Shown: positions 47,081 through 57,920, counted from the first letter of the stretch. The stretch is DNA of 64,000 nucleotides from an uncultured Desulfobacteraceae bacterium (GCA_964410925.1 CAYPIW010000124.1:14821-78820), one strand, 5' to 3'. The notes: generated from the letters alone by a model not told the origin. A program made the numbers and translations.

Positions 47081-48538
47081 ATGCCAGCATCGCACAAAGG
47101 CTACAATAATAAATTATTGCGTATTGTTGAACAGACCGTTACAACCTATGGAATGCTTAAACCGGGAGATTCGGTTCTTGTCGGTGTATCCGGCGGGCCT
47201 GATTCAGTAGCCCTTTTTCACTCGCTTCTCACATTCGTACCCCGCTTTTCCCTCAGGCTTGGAGTCGCACACTTAAATCATTGTCTGCGACAGAACGATT
47301 CAGACAAGGATGCTGAATTTGTTGCGTCTCTCGCCGGCAGATTTGACATACCTTTTTATATTCATAAAGCGAATGTCCGTAACTATCAGCTTGAAAACAA
47401 GCTTTCCCTGGAGGAAGCGGCCAGGCGTGTTCGATATACCTTTTTAAACACAGAGGCGGAAAAAAACCGGTTTAATAAAATCGCACTCGGCCATCATTTT
47501 GATGATAATGCAGAACTTGTATTAATGAATCTTTTTAGAGGAAGCGGTCCACTGGGCATTTCGGGTATTCCTCCGGTAAGGGAGGGAAAAATTATCCGGC
47601 CGCTAATACAATCAAATCGTTCCGAAATAATCGATTTTCTGGATCAAAATGGAATAAAATATATATCTGACGTATCTAATAGAGACACAAAATTCCTTAG
47701 AAACAGGATACGTCACGATTTAATTCCTCTGTTAAAAACATTTTACAATCCCAAAATCAGCCAAAGCCTGAACCGGCTTGCCTCAATCACCAGTGCTGAA
47801 GAAGAATGGATTGAAGATCTCATTCACCCGCTCTTCGAAAAAGCGGCTATCAACATTCAGGACGGTCAAATCGCCCTCTCTGTTTCAATCCTGAACCAAA
47901 TTCATGTAGCGGCGCAAAGACGGATAATAAGAAAGGCGATTTCAAAAATAAAAGGCAACGTAAGGCGTATTGGTTTGAATCACATAGATTCTGCCATAAA
48001 TCTTGTGGAATCCGGTCCGGTTTATGGAAATGTTGATTTGCCTGATCGTATCAGGATCCGGCGAAAAGGAGACGTTCTTCTCTTCTCAAAAGAAAAAAAC
48101 ACATTGCGAAATGCGGATGCCCCCTCCCGCAGGGCAGAAATATCTGCTTTTGAATACCGGATAGAAAAACCCGAATCCTTGTTTATAAAAGAAATCGGCG
48201 CGCATATTAAATTCACCGAAATGCGCATGGAAAATCTGTTCGACTTATGCGGGTCTGGACAACATACCGGTTTTTTTGATCGCGATGAGTTAAGTTTTCC
48301 GCTGATTTTAAGAAATTTTCGACAGGGTGACCGTTTTACGCCCCTGGGTATGACCGGAACACAAAAAATAAAAAAAATTTTCATCGACAAAAAAGTCCCC
48401 AGAAAAAAACGCTTAAGATGCCCCATATTGCTTTGCCGGGAAAAAATAATCTGGGTTGCTGGTTATAGAATAGATGAATCTGTAAAAGTGAAACCCACAA
48501 CCAAAAATGTACTTAATGTTGAACTTTCTCTTGCCTAA
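47081..48538 (+). CDS. tilS: tRNA(Ile)-lysidine synthetase
   Basis: PP-loop VGVSGGPDS and the TilS body and C-terminal domain. The start could be the ATG at 47153. Confidence 0.9.
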   Translation: MPASHKGYNNKLLRIVEQTVTTYGMLKPGDSVLVGVSGGPDSVALFHSLLTFVPRFSLRLGVAHLNHCLRQNDSDKDAEFVASLAGRFDIPFYIHKANVRNYQLENKLSLEEAARRVRYTFLNTEAEKNRFNKIALGHHFDDNAELVLMNLFRGSGPLGISGIPPVREGKIIRPLIQSNRSEIIDFLDQNGIKYISDVSNRDTKFLRNRIRHDLIPLLKTFYNPKISQSLNRLASITSAEEEWIEDLIHPLFEKAAINIQDGQIALSVSILNQIHVAAQRRIIRKAISKIKGNVRRIGLNHIDSAINLVESGPVYGNVDLPDRIRIRRKGDVLLFSKEKNTLRNADAPSRRAEISAFEYRIEKPESLFIKEIGAHIKFTEMRMENLFDLCGSGQHTGFFDRDELSFPLILRNFRQGDRFTPLGMTGTQKIKKIFIDKKVPRKKRLRCPILLCREKIIWVAGYRIDESVKVKPTTKNVLNVELSLA

Positions 48539-48596
48539 TTAGCAATAATGATTAATATAATCTCATAACTAATCATATTACGGGGGTTAAACACTT

Positions 48597-50507
48597 TTGA
48601 ATCCTTTTTATAAGAATTTGGCTTTATGGATAGTCATCACACTGATGATGATCATGCTTTATAATCTCTTCAATCAACAGCACTTGGCCGAGACCAACAT
48701 CAGCTATACTGAATTTTTATCCATGGTCGATAATGGGAGTATTTCCGATGTAGTCATCCAGGGACAAGAACTCTATATCACGGATGTAAACCACAATCGT
48801 TTCAAGGTATATGCACCACAGGACACCGATCTTATCAAGATCCTCCGGAAAAAAGGAGTAACCATCAGCGCCAAACCGGAAACCGATTCTCCCTGGTATA
48901 TGAATGTTCTGGTTTCATGGTTTCCCATGATTGTACTCATCGGAGTATGGATTTTTTTTATGCGTCAAATGCAGGCCGGAGGCGGTAAGGCCATGTCTTT
49001 TGGCAAGAGCCGCGCACGCCTGCAATCTGACCAGATGAAAAAAGTCACCTTTGAAGACGTTGCCGGAATTGATGAGGCCAAGGAAGAACTTGGTGAAATA
49101 ATAGATTTTCTCAGAGAACCGAAGAAATTTACGCGTCTTGGCGGAAGGATACCCAAAGGCGTTCTTCTCATGGGATCACCCGGTACGGGAAAAACCCTTT
49201 TGGCCCGTGCGATTGCAGGTGAAGCCGACGTTCCGTTTTTCCATATCAGCGGCTCGGATTTTGTGGAAATGTTTGTCGGCGTTGGCGCATCACGGGTTAG
49301 AGATCTTTTTGTTCAGGGTAAAAAGAACGCGCCCTGTATTATCTTTATCGATGAAATTGATGCGGTTGGAAGGCACAGGGGCGCCGGACTCGGCGGCGGG
49401 CACGACGAAAGAGAACAGACTTTAAACCAGCTCCTGGTTGAAATGGATGGTTTTGAGTCAAACGAAGGGGTTATCCTTATTTCCGCCACAAACCGGCCTG
49501 ATGTGCTCGACCCGGCGCTTTTGAGACCCGGACGTTTTGATCGTCAGGTGGTTGTTCCCCTGCCGGATATTTTAGGCCGTGAAAAGATTCTTAAGGTTCA
49601 TATGAAAAAAACGCCGGCCGACCCCGATGTGAACCTTGTCACACTGGCAAAAGGCACGCCCGGTTTTTCCGGCGCAGATTTGGAAAACCTTGTGAACGAA
49701 GCGGCATTGCTCGGCGCAAAGAGAAATAAAGAAAAAATTGACATGGTTGACCTGGAAGACGCCAAAGATAAGGTCTATATGGGATTGGAACGCAAATCAA
49801 AAGTCATCAGGGAAGAAGACAGAAAGACCACGGCATATCATGAAGCAGGACATGCCCTTGTGGCCCGCTTTCTTCCAAATACGGATGCCGTCAACAAGAT
49901 AACCATTATCCCGCGGGGACGTGCCGCCGGTATTACCTGGTTCTTGCCCGAAGAGAGCGATTTTAAATATAAAGATCAGCTTGAAAGTGAATTGTCGGTT
50001 GCCTTTGGCGGACGAGTAGCCGAAGAAATTGTTTTTAACCGTATCAGTACCGGAGCTGCCAACGATATCAAGCAGGCAACCGGCGTTGCCCAGAAAATGA
50101 TACGAAACTGGGGTATGAGTGAAAAGTTAGGTCCCCTTTCCTTTGCCAAAGATGAAGAACATGTCTTCCTGGGACGAGAAATAGCACAGCACAGGGATTA
50201 CTCTGAAGAAACGGCAAAGAAAATCGACCAGGAAATAAATAATCTTATCGAAAAAGCCTACAAATGCGCAAAAAAAACCTTGAGTGAAAATTTGGATATT
50301 CTTCATGCTCTGGCGGACCGTTTGCTGGAAAAAGAAACGGTTCTGGGAAAAGAGCTTGATGAACTCATACTTTCAATGAAACCCGGATTTGAGTTTCCAT
50401 CAAAAACCTCCGCGAACAAAAAAACGGATAAAAAGGTTCGGGTCGAACATGAAAAAGCTGAAGAAGACATCAAAACCGAAACTGAAAGCGAACAACCCTC
50501 ATCTTAG
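48597..50507 (+). CDS. ftsH: ATP-dependent zinc metalloprotease FtsH
   Basis: Two N-terminal TM helices, AAA motif [18 protein letters not shown] and zinc site HEAGHAL. The start codon is TTG in the track. Confidence 0.97.
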   Translation: MNPFYKNLALWIVITLMMIMLYNLFNQQHLAETNISYTEFLSMVDNGSISDVVIQGQELYITDVNHNRFKVYAPQDTDLIKILRKKGVTISAKPETDSPWYMNVLVSWFPMIVLIGVWIFFMRQMQAGGGKAMSFGKSRARLQSDQMKKVTFEDVAGIDEAKEELGEIIDFLREPKKFTRLGGRIPKGVLLMGSPGTGKTLLARAIAGEADVPFFHISGSDFVEMFVGVGASRVRDLFVQGKKNAPCIIFIDEIDAVGRHRGAGLGGGHDEREQTLNQLLVEMDGFESNEGVILISATNRPDVLDPALLRPGRFDRQVVVPLPDILGREKILKVHMKKTPADPDVNLVTLAKGTPGFSGADLENLVNEAALLGAKRNKEKIDMVDLEDAKDKVYMGLERKSKVIREEDRKTTAYHEAGHALVARFLPNTDAVNKITIIPRGRAAGITWFLPEESDFKYKDQLESELSVAFGGRVAEEIVFNRISTGAANDIKQATGVAQKMIRNWGMSEKLGPLSFAKDEEHVFLGREIAQHRDYSEETAKKIDQEINNLIEKAYKCAKKTLSENLDILHALADRLLEKETVLGKELDELILSMKPGFEFPSKTSANKKTDKKVRVEHEKAEEDIKTETESEQPSS

Positions 50508-50593
50508 TCAGTTAGTATTTATTTTTGCGCCGGATGGGCTTTGGAAGGTTTACTGAAAAAGATGAACATCGAGCGTCCAGCGTCGAATGTTGA

Positions 50594-51469
50594 ATGAAAA
50601 TATATAATCTTGAATGGGGCAACCACCGGCTGGTTCTGGGTAATCGTACCTGTATCATGGGTATTTTGAATATTACGCCGGATTCATTTTCAGATGGCGG
50701 AGAATTTTTCACATTCGATGACGCCGTGGCTCAAGGCCTAAAACTTTTTGAAGACGGGGCTGACATACTTGATATCGGCGGAGAATCCACACGTCCCTTT
50801 TCTGATGTGGTATCTGTCGAAGAAGAAATCCGGCGGGTTATACCTGTTATTGAAACTCTTGCAGCACGTATTTCCATTCCCATTTCCATAGATACAACTA
50901 AGACAGGAGTTGCCAGAAGGGCTATTGAAGCCGGCGCCTCCATTATAAATGACGTTTCAGCATTGCGTCTTGACCACGGCCTTGCAGATGTTGCAGCAGA
51001 ATACGACGTTCCGATAATCCTGATGCATATGCTTGGAACCCCAAAAACCATGCAGACGAATCCTGTTTATGATGATCTTATAAACGAAATCAAAAGATTT
51101 CTAGAAAACGCCGTCGATTATGCTCAAAGCAAAGGAATTTCAAAATCAAAAATCATCATCGATCCCGGAATCGGTTTCGGTAAAACTGTTGAACATAATC
51201 TTTCATTAATTAAACACCTGCATGAATTTAAGACACTGGATGTTCCTATCCTGATCGGGCTTTCCAGAAAAGCCTTTATACGAAACATCCTTAAAGATAC
51301 GACTGTTAAAGATATTAACCCCGACCTGCCTGTAGTGGAACTCGGCACTCAGGCTTCAGTCGCCGTTGCAGTTTTGAACGGCGCCCACATGGTCAGAGTT
51401 CACAATGTGGCCAATACACGGACAACCTTAAAAATAATTGATGCCATCATTAATGTGCAAAACAGTTAA
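50594..51469 (+). CDS. folP: dihydropteroate synthase
   Basis: IMGILNITPDSFSDGG, DIGGESTRP and the pterin-binding barrel pattern. Confidence 0.9.
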   Translation: MKIYNLEWGNHRLVLGNRTCIMGILNITPDSFSDGGEFFTFDDAVAQGLKLFEDGADILDIGGESTRPFSDVVSVEEEIRRVIPVIETLAARISIPISIDTTKTGVARRAIEAGASIINDVSALRLDHGLADVAAEYDVPIILMHMLGTPKTMQTNPVYDDLINEIKRFLENAVDYAQSKGISKSKIIIDPGIGFGKTVEHNLSLIKHLHEFKTLDVPILIGLSRKAFIRNILKDTTVKDINPDLPVVELGTQASVAVAVLNGAHMVRVHNVANTRTTLKIIDAIINVQNS

Positions 51470-51529
51470 TGGTGAAACGGTTTGGCTTTTTGAAAATAGT
51501 GTCGATTCAGGTATGAATACCTATCGGGT

Positions 51530-52456
51530 TTGTCTATGTTAAACTTACAGAATTTAAAACGGTCTGTTTTGTATTTTTCGCTTGGGGTTTGCTTGTTTTT
51601 GACAGGCGCCTGCTCGTCATTACAGGAAGCCGTGATTTTTATTCCGGTTGATTCCGATCAAATTCCTGTGGGATTGACAATAACGGGTCCGTCGTTAAAA
51701 GGAATAGAAGTTTACGTGCGCGGCCCAAAATCGGCAGTTAGAATTCTTTCTGACATGAAAATGCGATATGTGCTTGATTTGTCCGGAGTTCATATCGGCA
51801 TTAACTCTATTCCCATAGAAAAAGACCGTATCATCCTTCCGGGAGGAATATCCATTGTAAAAATAAACCCCACGTTTTTGACTGTAACCATTGACAATAA
51901 AATTAAAAAGGAGTTGCCCGTTAAAATTTTATTTTCCGGAAAACCCGCTACAGGATTCACCGTTTCAGGCGCCGTTCTCAAACCATCATCGGTTATTCTG
52001 CAAGGACCTCAAAACATCCTTGCCCCCATGGATAAGGTGCTGACAAAACCGGTTGAGATTAAAGGGCTGTCAGAATCTTTTAAAAAAGGAGTCGCTCTGG
52101 ACCTTGTCGAAGACCTTGAGATCATTTCTCCTTCTAAGATTATTTTTGCTGAAATATCCATAGAAGAAAAAATTGTCACGCAAAAATTTTTTGATATTCA
52201 GGTTGAGGGCAAAAACAGTCCATTCAGTTACATGATTACGCCGCCGGCAATAAATATTGAAGTTAAAGGACCTTTTCATATTATTGAAAAGCTTCATACT
52301 GAAAAATGGATTACAGTGTATGTTGACCTTAAAGGATTACCCCCCGGAACTTATGTTAAAAGGGCAACCATAACATTACCTGTAAAAACCGTTCTTATTG
52401 GCGTAACACCCGAAATGTTCGCCGTTAAAATAAGCTCAAATCTCCATAAAAAATAA
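51530..52456 (+). CDS. YbbR-domain protein
   Basis: 308 aa with an N-terminal signal/anchor and repeated beta-rich YbbR-like modules. No diadenylate cyclase gene is adjacent. Confidence 0.55.
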   Translation: MSMLNLQNLKRSVLYFSLGVCLFLTGACSSLQEAVIFIPVDSDQIPVGLTITGPSLKGIEVYVRGPKSAVRILSDMKMRYVLDLSGVHIGINSIPIEKDRIILPGGISIVKINPTFLTVTIDNKIKKELPVKILFSGKPATGFTVSGAVLKPSSVILQGPQNILAPMDKVLTKPVEIKGLSESFKKGVALDLVEDLEIISPSKIIFAEISIEEKIVTQKFFDIQVEGKNSPFSYMITPPAINIEVKGPFHIIEKLHTEKWITVYVDLKGLPPGTYVKRATITLPVKTVLIGVTPEMFAVKISSNLHKK

Positions 52457-52490
52457 CTTGGGAGCTTGCCTCCAAAAGGAAGTTTTACCT

Positions 52491-53258
52491 ATGCTTCTTG
52501 TTATCGATATTGGAAATACCCACACGGTAATCGGTGTTTACGACGGCAGGCATCTTGTTAAGAACTGGCGGATACGAACGGAAAGACGTACAACAGAAGA
52601 TGAGTTTAACATTCTTGCCTCCAATCTTTTTTCCGGAGGAAATATCAGTTCCAAAAAAATTTACAAAACGATTATCTCCTGTGTGGTCCCTCCTATGGTA
52701 ACCATTCTCGATTCCTTCTGTCGCAAATACTTGGGACACGCGCCCCACTGGGTCGATGCCATGTCAGCAAGATCAATTTTGCCGATTCGTTACAAAAATC
52801 CATCAGAAGTCGGCGCAGACAGAATCGTTAATGCGGTCGCGGCATTTCAAAAATACCAAACCAGTCTCATTGTTATAGATTTTGGAACAGCGACAACCTT
52901 TGATGCAATTTCAGAGAAGGGGGAATATCTGGGCGGCGCAATCAGTCCCGGAATTATGATTGCTTCTGAGGCCCTGTTTATGAAAGCATCCAAACTTCCC
53001 AGGGTCGAAATCTTTATTCCCCCTGAAAGGGTAATCGGCAAAGATACCGCAAGCAGTATTAAAGCCGGAATAATTTTTGGATATGCAGGACTTGTGGATG
53101 GAATGGTTCGGCGGATGACAATCGAGATGCATACAATCCCAAGAGTAATCGCAACAGGCGGGCTGGCGGAACTTATGTATCAAGTATCAGAAACCATTGA
53201 GGTTATTGAACCGGCCTTGACCCTGGAAGGATTGCGGATTATCAGCAATAGCTTGTAA
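52491..53258 (+). CDS. coaX: type III pantothenate kinase
   Basis: MLLVIDIGNTHTVIGVY, GADRIVNAVAA and VIDFGTATTFD. The start is set at ATG 52491, which has an upstream AAAGGAAG. Confidence 0.9.
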   Translation: MLLVIDIGNTHTVIGVYDGRHLVKNWRIRTERRTTEDEFNILASNLFSGGNISSKKIYKTIISCVVPPMVTILDSFCRKYLGHAPHWVDAMSARSILPIRYKNPSEVGADRIVNAVAAFQKYQTSLIVIDFGTATTFDAISEKGEYLGGAISPGIMIASEALFMKASKLPRVEIFIPPERVIGKDTASSIKAGIIFGYAGLVDGMVRRMTIEMHTIPRVIATGGLAELMYQVSETIEVIEPALTLEGLRIISNSL

Positions 53259-54152
53259 ATAGCCTGTAAATCCTTTTATGCTGTTTTTCAGAAATCCTCT
53301 CTCCCTGTGTTTTACCGCCTCGTCCATATGAAAAAACCCTTTAAGTAAAGGATCTTGCTCTAACAGCCGTTGCAAAGATCGGTTAAGGAATTCTTTGTCT
53401 TCAGCGTCACGGAAATCAACCATCTGATCCTCGATAATATTTTTCCAGAATAAAAGCTGCTTACGGTGTGTTTTCAACATATCCAACGCATTTTTGTTCA
53501 TGCCAAAATGTCCGTAACATATGACTGAGGGATCTCGGGTAATCAGAGCATCGATGCTCTTGATTGAGGTCTCCAGAAAAAAGCGGGGCGGTGTCGCCGG
53601 TCTAAGATAAAAACTGTCACCGAACATGTCGAGGTAAACCCCCCCGGCCTCTCCCGCAAAAAGGTAGGGACCCAAGAGATAACTCACATGATGGAGAGCA
53701 TGCCCGGGCGTAAGAATCGGTATAACGGTATCTTCTTGATATTGGGCGGCATTGTAGAGCAATTTCCGGGGAACCGGCCGGAACGGTCCATAGGCTTGTG
53801 CCGTTTGACCGAGGGTTTTGAGACTTCCTTCCCATAAACGTGACGGATCTGCAAGGTGCTGGATACCTTTTTCGTGACAGATAATGGGAACGTCGGGAAA
53901 AGACTCGGCCAGATCTCCTGCGCCTCCGGCGTGATCGATATGAATGTGGGTCAATAGAATGGCGTCAACATGCCGTATTCCCAAGTCTTCTAAAGATTTT
54001 ACAAGCACAGGAACCGTAGCGGCAGGTCCTACATCCAGTAAAAAGGTTTTTTTGCCTTTGTAGATCCAGGATCCTATGAACGATGTAAATCCGGGAAGAT
54101 TCTGGTCAAGAGGAATAAGATAAAGTTCAGGGGTGAATTCAATTAATTTCAT
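53187..54152 (-). CDS. MBL-fold metallo-hydrolase
   Basis: The HxHxDH motif is LTHIHIDHAGG. The 3' end overlaps the coaX 3' end by 72 bp (convergent). Confidence 0.8.
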   Translation of the reverse strand: MKLIEFTPELYLIPLDQNLPGFTSFIGSWIYKGKKTFLLDVGPAATVPVLVKSLEDLGIRHVDAILLTHIHIDHAGGAGDLAESFPDVPIICHEKGIQHLADPSRLWEGSLKTLGQTAQAYGPFRPVPRKLLYNAAQYQEDTVIPILTPGHALHHVSYLLGPYLFAGEAGGVYLDMFGDSFYLRPATPPRFFLETSIKSIDALITRDPSVICYGHFGMNKNALDMLKTHRKQLLFWKNIIEDQMVDFRDAEDKEFLNRSLQRLLEQDPLLKGFFHMDEAVKHRERGFLKNSIKGFTGYLQAIADNPQSFQGQGRFNNLNGF

Positions 54153-54304
54153 TGTTTCTGTTCAAGCCCTATTTTTTCTTCAAGTTTTTTAATCTGCAAA
54201 AGGATATCGCCCTTTTCCTCATCACCAAGGCCCTCGTGCTGCAAGCGACGCTTAAGGTTCAACAGAATCATTTCAATACGATAGTCGGCACAAGTATATT
54301 CCAT
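54149..54304 (-). CDS. unannotated 51-aa ORF translationally coupled to the MBL hydrolase gene
   Basis: It is below the track cutoff. The translation is MEYTCADYRIEMILLNLKRRLQHEGLGDEEKGDILLQIKKLEEKIGLEQKQ. Its TGA overlaps the downstream ATG (ATGA at 54149-54152). Confidence 0.45.
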   Translation of the reverse strand: MEYTCADYRIEMILLNLKRRLQHEGLGDEEKGDILLQIKKLEEKIGLEQKQ

Positions 54305-54338
54305 GGTTTTCACGTTTAAAATAGACGCGTAAAAATGT

Positions 54339-55031
54339 TCAAACCCTGCCGGTCTTGATCAGGGACTCCTTAAAAACACGATAGAAGGCTTTATTGTCGG
54401 CGAGACCTCGTCTCAGGATTTTTTCAATTTCATTGATGTTTTTCAGGTTAATAATGAGGTTAACACTCTTGTTAAAGGCCGCCATATTGTCCATGGTACG
54501 AAAGCGATTGGTTATAAGAGCCAGAAAGATATTTCGCCGGATGGACATATTGAGACGATCCAGGTACTTGAGGACGCTGTTCATATCAGGATCCGTGGTC
54601 CCGAACCGTTCGTTAAGCACCACCATGTCAAAGACATGGAATCGCATCTGTTTTAGAGTATCTTTATATGTCTGCGGCGCCGTGGTATGATATCCCATGT
54701 TATACAGAACCGTTATGATTTTCGATCGGATGGCCGGCTCCGGCTCGCACAAAAGGGCCGTTTCCACGCCCTGTTCAACAAAATCAAAAGGTTTTTCGGA
54801 GGCATCGTAAACGCTGGAATCGATCTCCTCAATGATGGTTTTATTTGGTACGGGTTTTGGTTCGTCGGACAGATCCGCAGTGTCTTTGGCTGACAAAGGA
54901 ATATCAAAACGAGGATCTACGGAAACTTTGTTGCTACATTTGGGGCAGACTACAGAGAATGCCTGTCCCCTGGGAACCTTCTGGCTCGGAATTTGAAACT
55001 TACTCCGGCATTTTTCGCATACCACGTTCAT
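54339..55031 (-). CDS. MJ0042-type zinc-ribbon protein with receiver-like C-terminal domain
   Basis: The N-terminus is MNVVCEKCRSKFQIP...VVCPKCSNKVSV. The C-terminal ~120 aa resembles a CheY-like fold without an obvious phospho-Asp. It lies downstream of pilT/pilU. Confidence 0.55.
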   Translation of the reverse strand: MNVVCEKCRSKFQIPSQKVPRGQAFSVVCPKCSNKVSVDPRFDIPLSAKDTADLSDEPKPVPNKTIIEEIDSSVYDASEKPFDFVEQGVETALLCEPEPAIRSKIITVLYNMGYHTTAPQTYKDTLKQMRFHVFDMVVLNERFGTTDPDMNSVLKYLDRLNMSIRRNIFLALITNRFRTMDNMAAFNKSVNLIINLKNINEIEKILRRGLADNKAFYRVFKESLIKTGRV

Positions 55032-55085
55032 AATGCTTTCCTTATTGGGAGGCCCATGGGCAAAAACCGAAACGCCTGTCCTCGG

Positions 55086-56252
55086 CTATATGGTCTGGCC
55101 GTAATCATGATCCACCTTAAGATCCTTAATATCCGTTGTAGCTTGTCCGCGTGAGCTCTTGATTGAGTCGATGCCTCGGCCTACGATGCCTTTGCGGGAA
55201 GCATAGGCCATAGCCGTCTCTTCGGTAATGAGGCCCTTTTCGTATAACCCAGTGATGGAATCGTCAAAGGTCATCATACCGAAAGCTTTTCCATCATGGA
55301 TAGCATCGTAAAAAGTTTTTCCCTCAGATTCTCCGCGCAGGATCATATTCTTGAACCTCAGGCTGGTTTGCATAATTTCAAAGGCCGCTATGCGTCCTCC
55401 TCCCACCTTAGGAAGAAGTCTTTGGCATACGATCCAACGGATTGTGTCGGCAAGCCGGGTGCGAATCTGGTTTTCTTCTTCAACAGGGAACATGCCGATG
55501 ATACGGTTTATTGTCTGTCCGGCATCAACAGTGTGGAGGGTACTTAACACCAAGTGCCCGGTCTCTGCCGCACTCAGGCCGATTTCCAGGGTTTCCCTGT
55601 CGCGCATTTCTCCAACCAGAATTACCTTGGGAGCCTGGCGCAGGGCTGCTCTGAGGCCATGTGAAAATGAATCAAAATCCTCTCCCATCTCACGCTGGTT
55701 GAACGTCGCCATTTTGTGTGGATGGTCATACTCCACCGGATCTTCAAGTGTTACTACGTGAACCGATCTGAGGTTATTAATCTCGTTAAGCACTGCAGCC
55801 AGGGAGGTTGTTTTTCCGGTGCCGGTAGCTCCGGTAACCAGGATAAAGCCGTTCTTTTCCTGGGCCATTTTGAGAAAGGCATCAGGAATACCCAGTTCCT
55901 GACATGTGGGAATTTTGGTTGCAAGTTTTCTCAATACAATGGAGTAGTTGCCCCGCTGGGAAAACACGTTGACCCTGAAACGAGCCTTCCCGGGAAGCTC
56001 ATAGGATGAATCGCACGATCCCTCAAGCAGGAGATTTTCGGTGAGGCGCCGGTTCTGATTCAACAGGTTCAGCGCAAAGATTTCAGCCTGAAACGGAGTA
56101 ATCTCTTCAAAAGGGGGATTCATCTCGACTGCGGCGAGATCACCCGCTGTTTCAACCTGAAATGGTTTTCCTACGGTAATATTAAGATCGGAAACATTAT
56201 CGTATGCATCGAGCATTCTTGATAGAATATGGTCAATTTCCTGTTTTTTCAA
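55086..56252 (-). CDS. pilU: PilT/PilU-family type IV pilus retraction ATPase
   Basis: Walker A VTGATGTGKTT, Asp box, Walker B ILVGEMRD and His box LVLSTLHT. Confidence 0.8.
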   Translation of the reverse strand: MKKQEIDHILSRMLDAYDNVSDLNITVGKPFQVETAGDLAAVEMNPPFEEITPFQAEIFALNLLNQNRRLTENLLLEGSCDSSYELPGKARFRVNVFSQRGNYSIVLRKLATKIPTCQELGIPDAFLKMAQEKNGFILVTGATGTGKTTSLAAVLNEINNLRSVHVVTLEDPVEYDHPHKMATFNQREMGEDFDSFSHGLRAALRQAPKVILVGEMRDRETLEIGLSAAETGHLVLSTLHTVDAGQTINRIIGMFPVEEENQIRTRLADTIRWIVCQRLLPKVGGGRIAAFEIMQTSLRFKNMILRGESEGKTFYDAIHDGKAFGMMTFDDSITGLYEKGLITEETAMAYASRKGIVGRGIDSIKSSRGQATTDIKDLKVDHDYGQTI

Positions 56253-56272
56253 AACAGAACCTCATAACATTG

Positions 56273-57355
56273 TTATGCTTCGGTGAAATCAGTGGGAGGA
56301 GTTTTCAAAAAAGGCCTGAACTTTCCCTTGTCATTTGACTTGGCATAGGCGTCATCAGCATTTATCCATCCTTTGTTCAGCATCTCCATAATGGCATCAT
56401 CTAAAAGCTGCATACCGTATTTCCTCCCGGTTTGGATCATGGAGGCAATCTGGTGGGTTTTCCCTTCCCTGATGAGATTCCGAACCGCCGGAGTTGCAAT
56501 CAATATTTCAAGAGCGGGGCTGCGCCCCTTTTTATCTACTCTTTTAAACAGGACCTGTGCAATAATGGCTCGAAGTCCGTCAGACAGCGTGGAACGGATC
56601 TGGTTCTGTTGATCTGCAGGGAAAACTTCGATAATGCGATCTACGGTTTTCGCCGCACTGGATGTGTGAAGCGTACTAAAAACAAGATGTCCGGTGGATG
56701 CGGCCTCTATGGCAAGGGATATGGTCTCAAGATCTCTCATTTCACCCACAAGAATAATATCCGGATCCTCTCTCAGGGCACCCCTTAACGCTGCGGAAAA
56801 CGACTGGGTATGAAGACCCACCTCACGGTGATTCACAATACAACTCTTGCTTTGGTGGACAAATTCAACAGGGTCTTCGATGGTGATGATATGATCCTTA
56901 CGGGTGCGGTTTGCCACATCAAGTATTGAGGCCATGGTGGTGGACTTGCCGCTTCCTGTAGGTCCCGTCACCAGAACCAGCCCCCTTGGGAGTGAGGCCA
57001 GCTTGGATAATACTGCAGGAAGACCCAGCTCTTCGGCTGTCATTATCTGCTCGGGAATTTGCCTGAAAACCGCCGCCACCCCATGTTTTTGCATAAAGAA
57101 ATTTGACCGGTACCTGGCGATACCGAGGATGTCATAACCGAAATCAACATCTCCGGTTTCCTCAAACTCTTTTACCTTATGTTCGGGCGCTATTTCATAG
57201 AGCATGGCTTTGAGTTCATCATTGTCCAGAACCTTATATTTGACCCTTTCCATTTCGCCCCGTATCCTTAGCACAGGCGCCTGCCCCGCCACAAGATGAA
57301 GATCTGAAGCTCCCTGTTCATTCATCAATTTAAAAAACGCATCTATTTTTGCCAT
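56273..57355 (-). CDS. pilT: type IV pilus twitching motility ATPase PilT
   Basis: GASDLHL, Walker A VTGPTGSGKST, ILVGEMRD, LVFSTLHT, and the AIRNLIREGK motif (here AVRNLIREGK). Confidence 0.9.
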   Translation of the reverse strand: MAKIDAFFKLMNEQGASDLHLVAGQAPVLRIRGEMERVKYKVLDNDELKAMLYEIAPEHKVKEFEETGDVDFGYDILGIARYRSNFFMQKHGVAAVFRQIPEQIMTAEELGLPAVLSKLASLPRGLVLVTGPTGSGKSTTMASILDVANRTRKDHIITIEDPVEFVHQSKSCIVNHREVGLHTQSFSAALRGALREDPDIILVGEMRDLETISLAIEAASTGHLVFSTLHTSSAAKTVDRIIEVFPADQQNQIRSTLSDGLRAIIAQVLFKRVDKKGRSPALEILIATPAVRNLIREGKTHQIASMIQTGRKYGMQLLDDAIMEMLNKGWINADDAYAKSNDKGKFRPFLKTPPTDFTEA

Positions 57356-57419
57356 GTTATACTCTCAATCTATTCAGATCGCCTGCCACACAGTGTAACA
57401 GTTTTAAAAACCCAAGGGG

Positions 57420-57920
57420 TTACGATTGCTTAAACAATTTCAACTTGGCATCTTCCTCCTCGCGAATTCCGGCCTCCTCCTTCCCTATTTCAAGAAGTTT
57501 GGTGTGACTTTCGATAATTGAACGGATCTGGACCTCGATCTGCATGCGTTGCCGTTTTAGTTCTGTAATATCTTCATGAAGTTGAGCAAGCCTGTTCTGG
57601 GCCCGACTAAGAATTTTTTCCGCATTGACTTCGGCATCCGCAATGATTAATTCGGCCGATTTGCGGGCATTTTGCTTCATCTGATCCAACACTTTCTGAG
57701 AATTGAGCATTACCCGCTTAAATGTCTCTTCACGCCCTTTGTATCCCTGGCTTTCAATTTTAAGCCTGTTAATTTCTTCATGCAAATTATTGTTTTCTCT
57801 TTGCAGTGATTCGAAGGCATTGGCCATCTGTTCAAGAAATGTATCCACTTCCCGAACGTCGAAGCCTCTAAACCTGATCTTGAATTGTTTTTGCTGAATA
57901 TCAAGGGATGTAATTGTCAT
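57420..57920 (-). CDS. DivIVA-domain protein
   Basis: The N-terminus LDIQQKQFKIRFRGFDVREVDTFL is the DivIVA signature. The rest is coiled coil. Confidence 0.8.
   Translation of the reverse strand: MTITSLDIQQKQFKIRFRGFDVREVDTFLEQMANAFESLQRENNNLHEEINRLKIESQGYKGREETFKRVMLNSQKVLDQMKQNARKSAELIIADAEVNAEKILSRAQNRLAQLHEDITELKRQRMQIEVQIRSIIESHTKLLEIGKEEAGIREEEDAKLKLFKQS

Noticed and set aside
46675-47109. Small ORFs (64-75 aa) between ffs and tilS
   Set aside because: No RBS, no motif, and Cys/Arg-rich odd composition. The region is more likely promoter or leader DNA for ffs and tilS.
51530-52456. YbbR-domain gene without an adjacent diadenylate cyclase, considered as a remnant c-di-AMP module
   Set aside because: The domain call is itself only moderate, and the cyclase could be encoded elsewhere. 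This is not enough for a finding.
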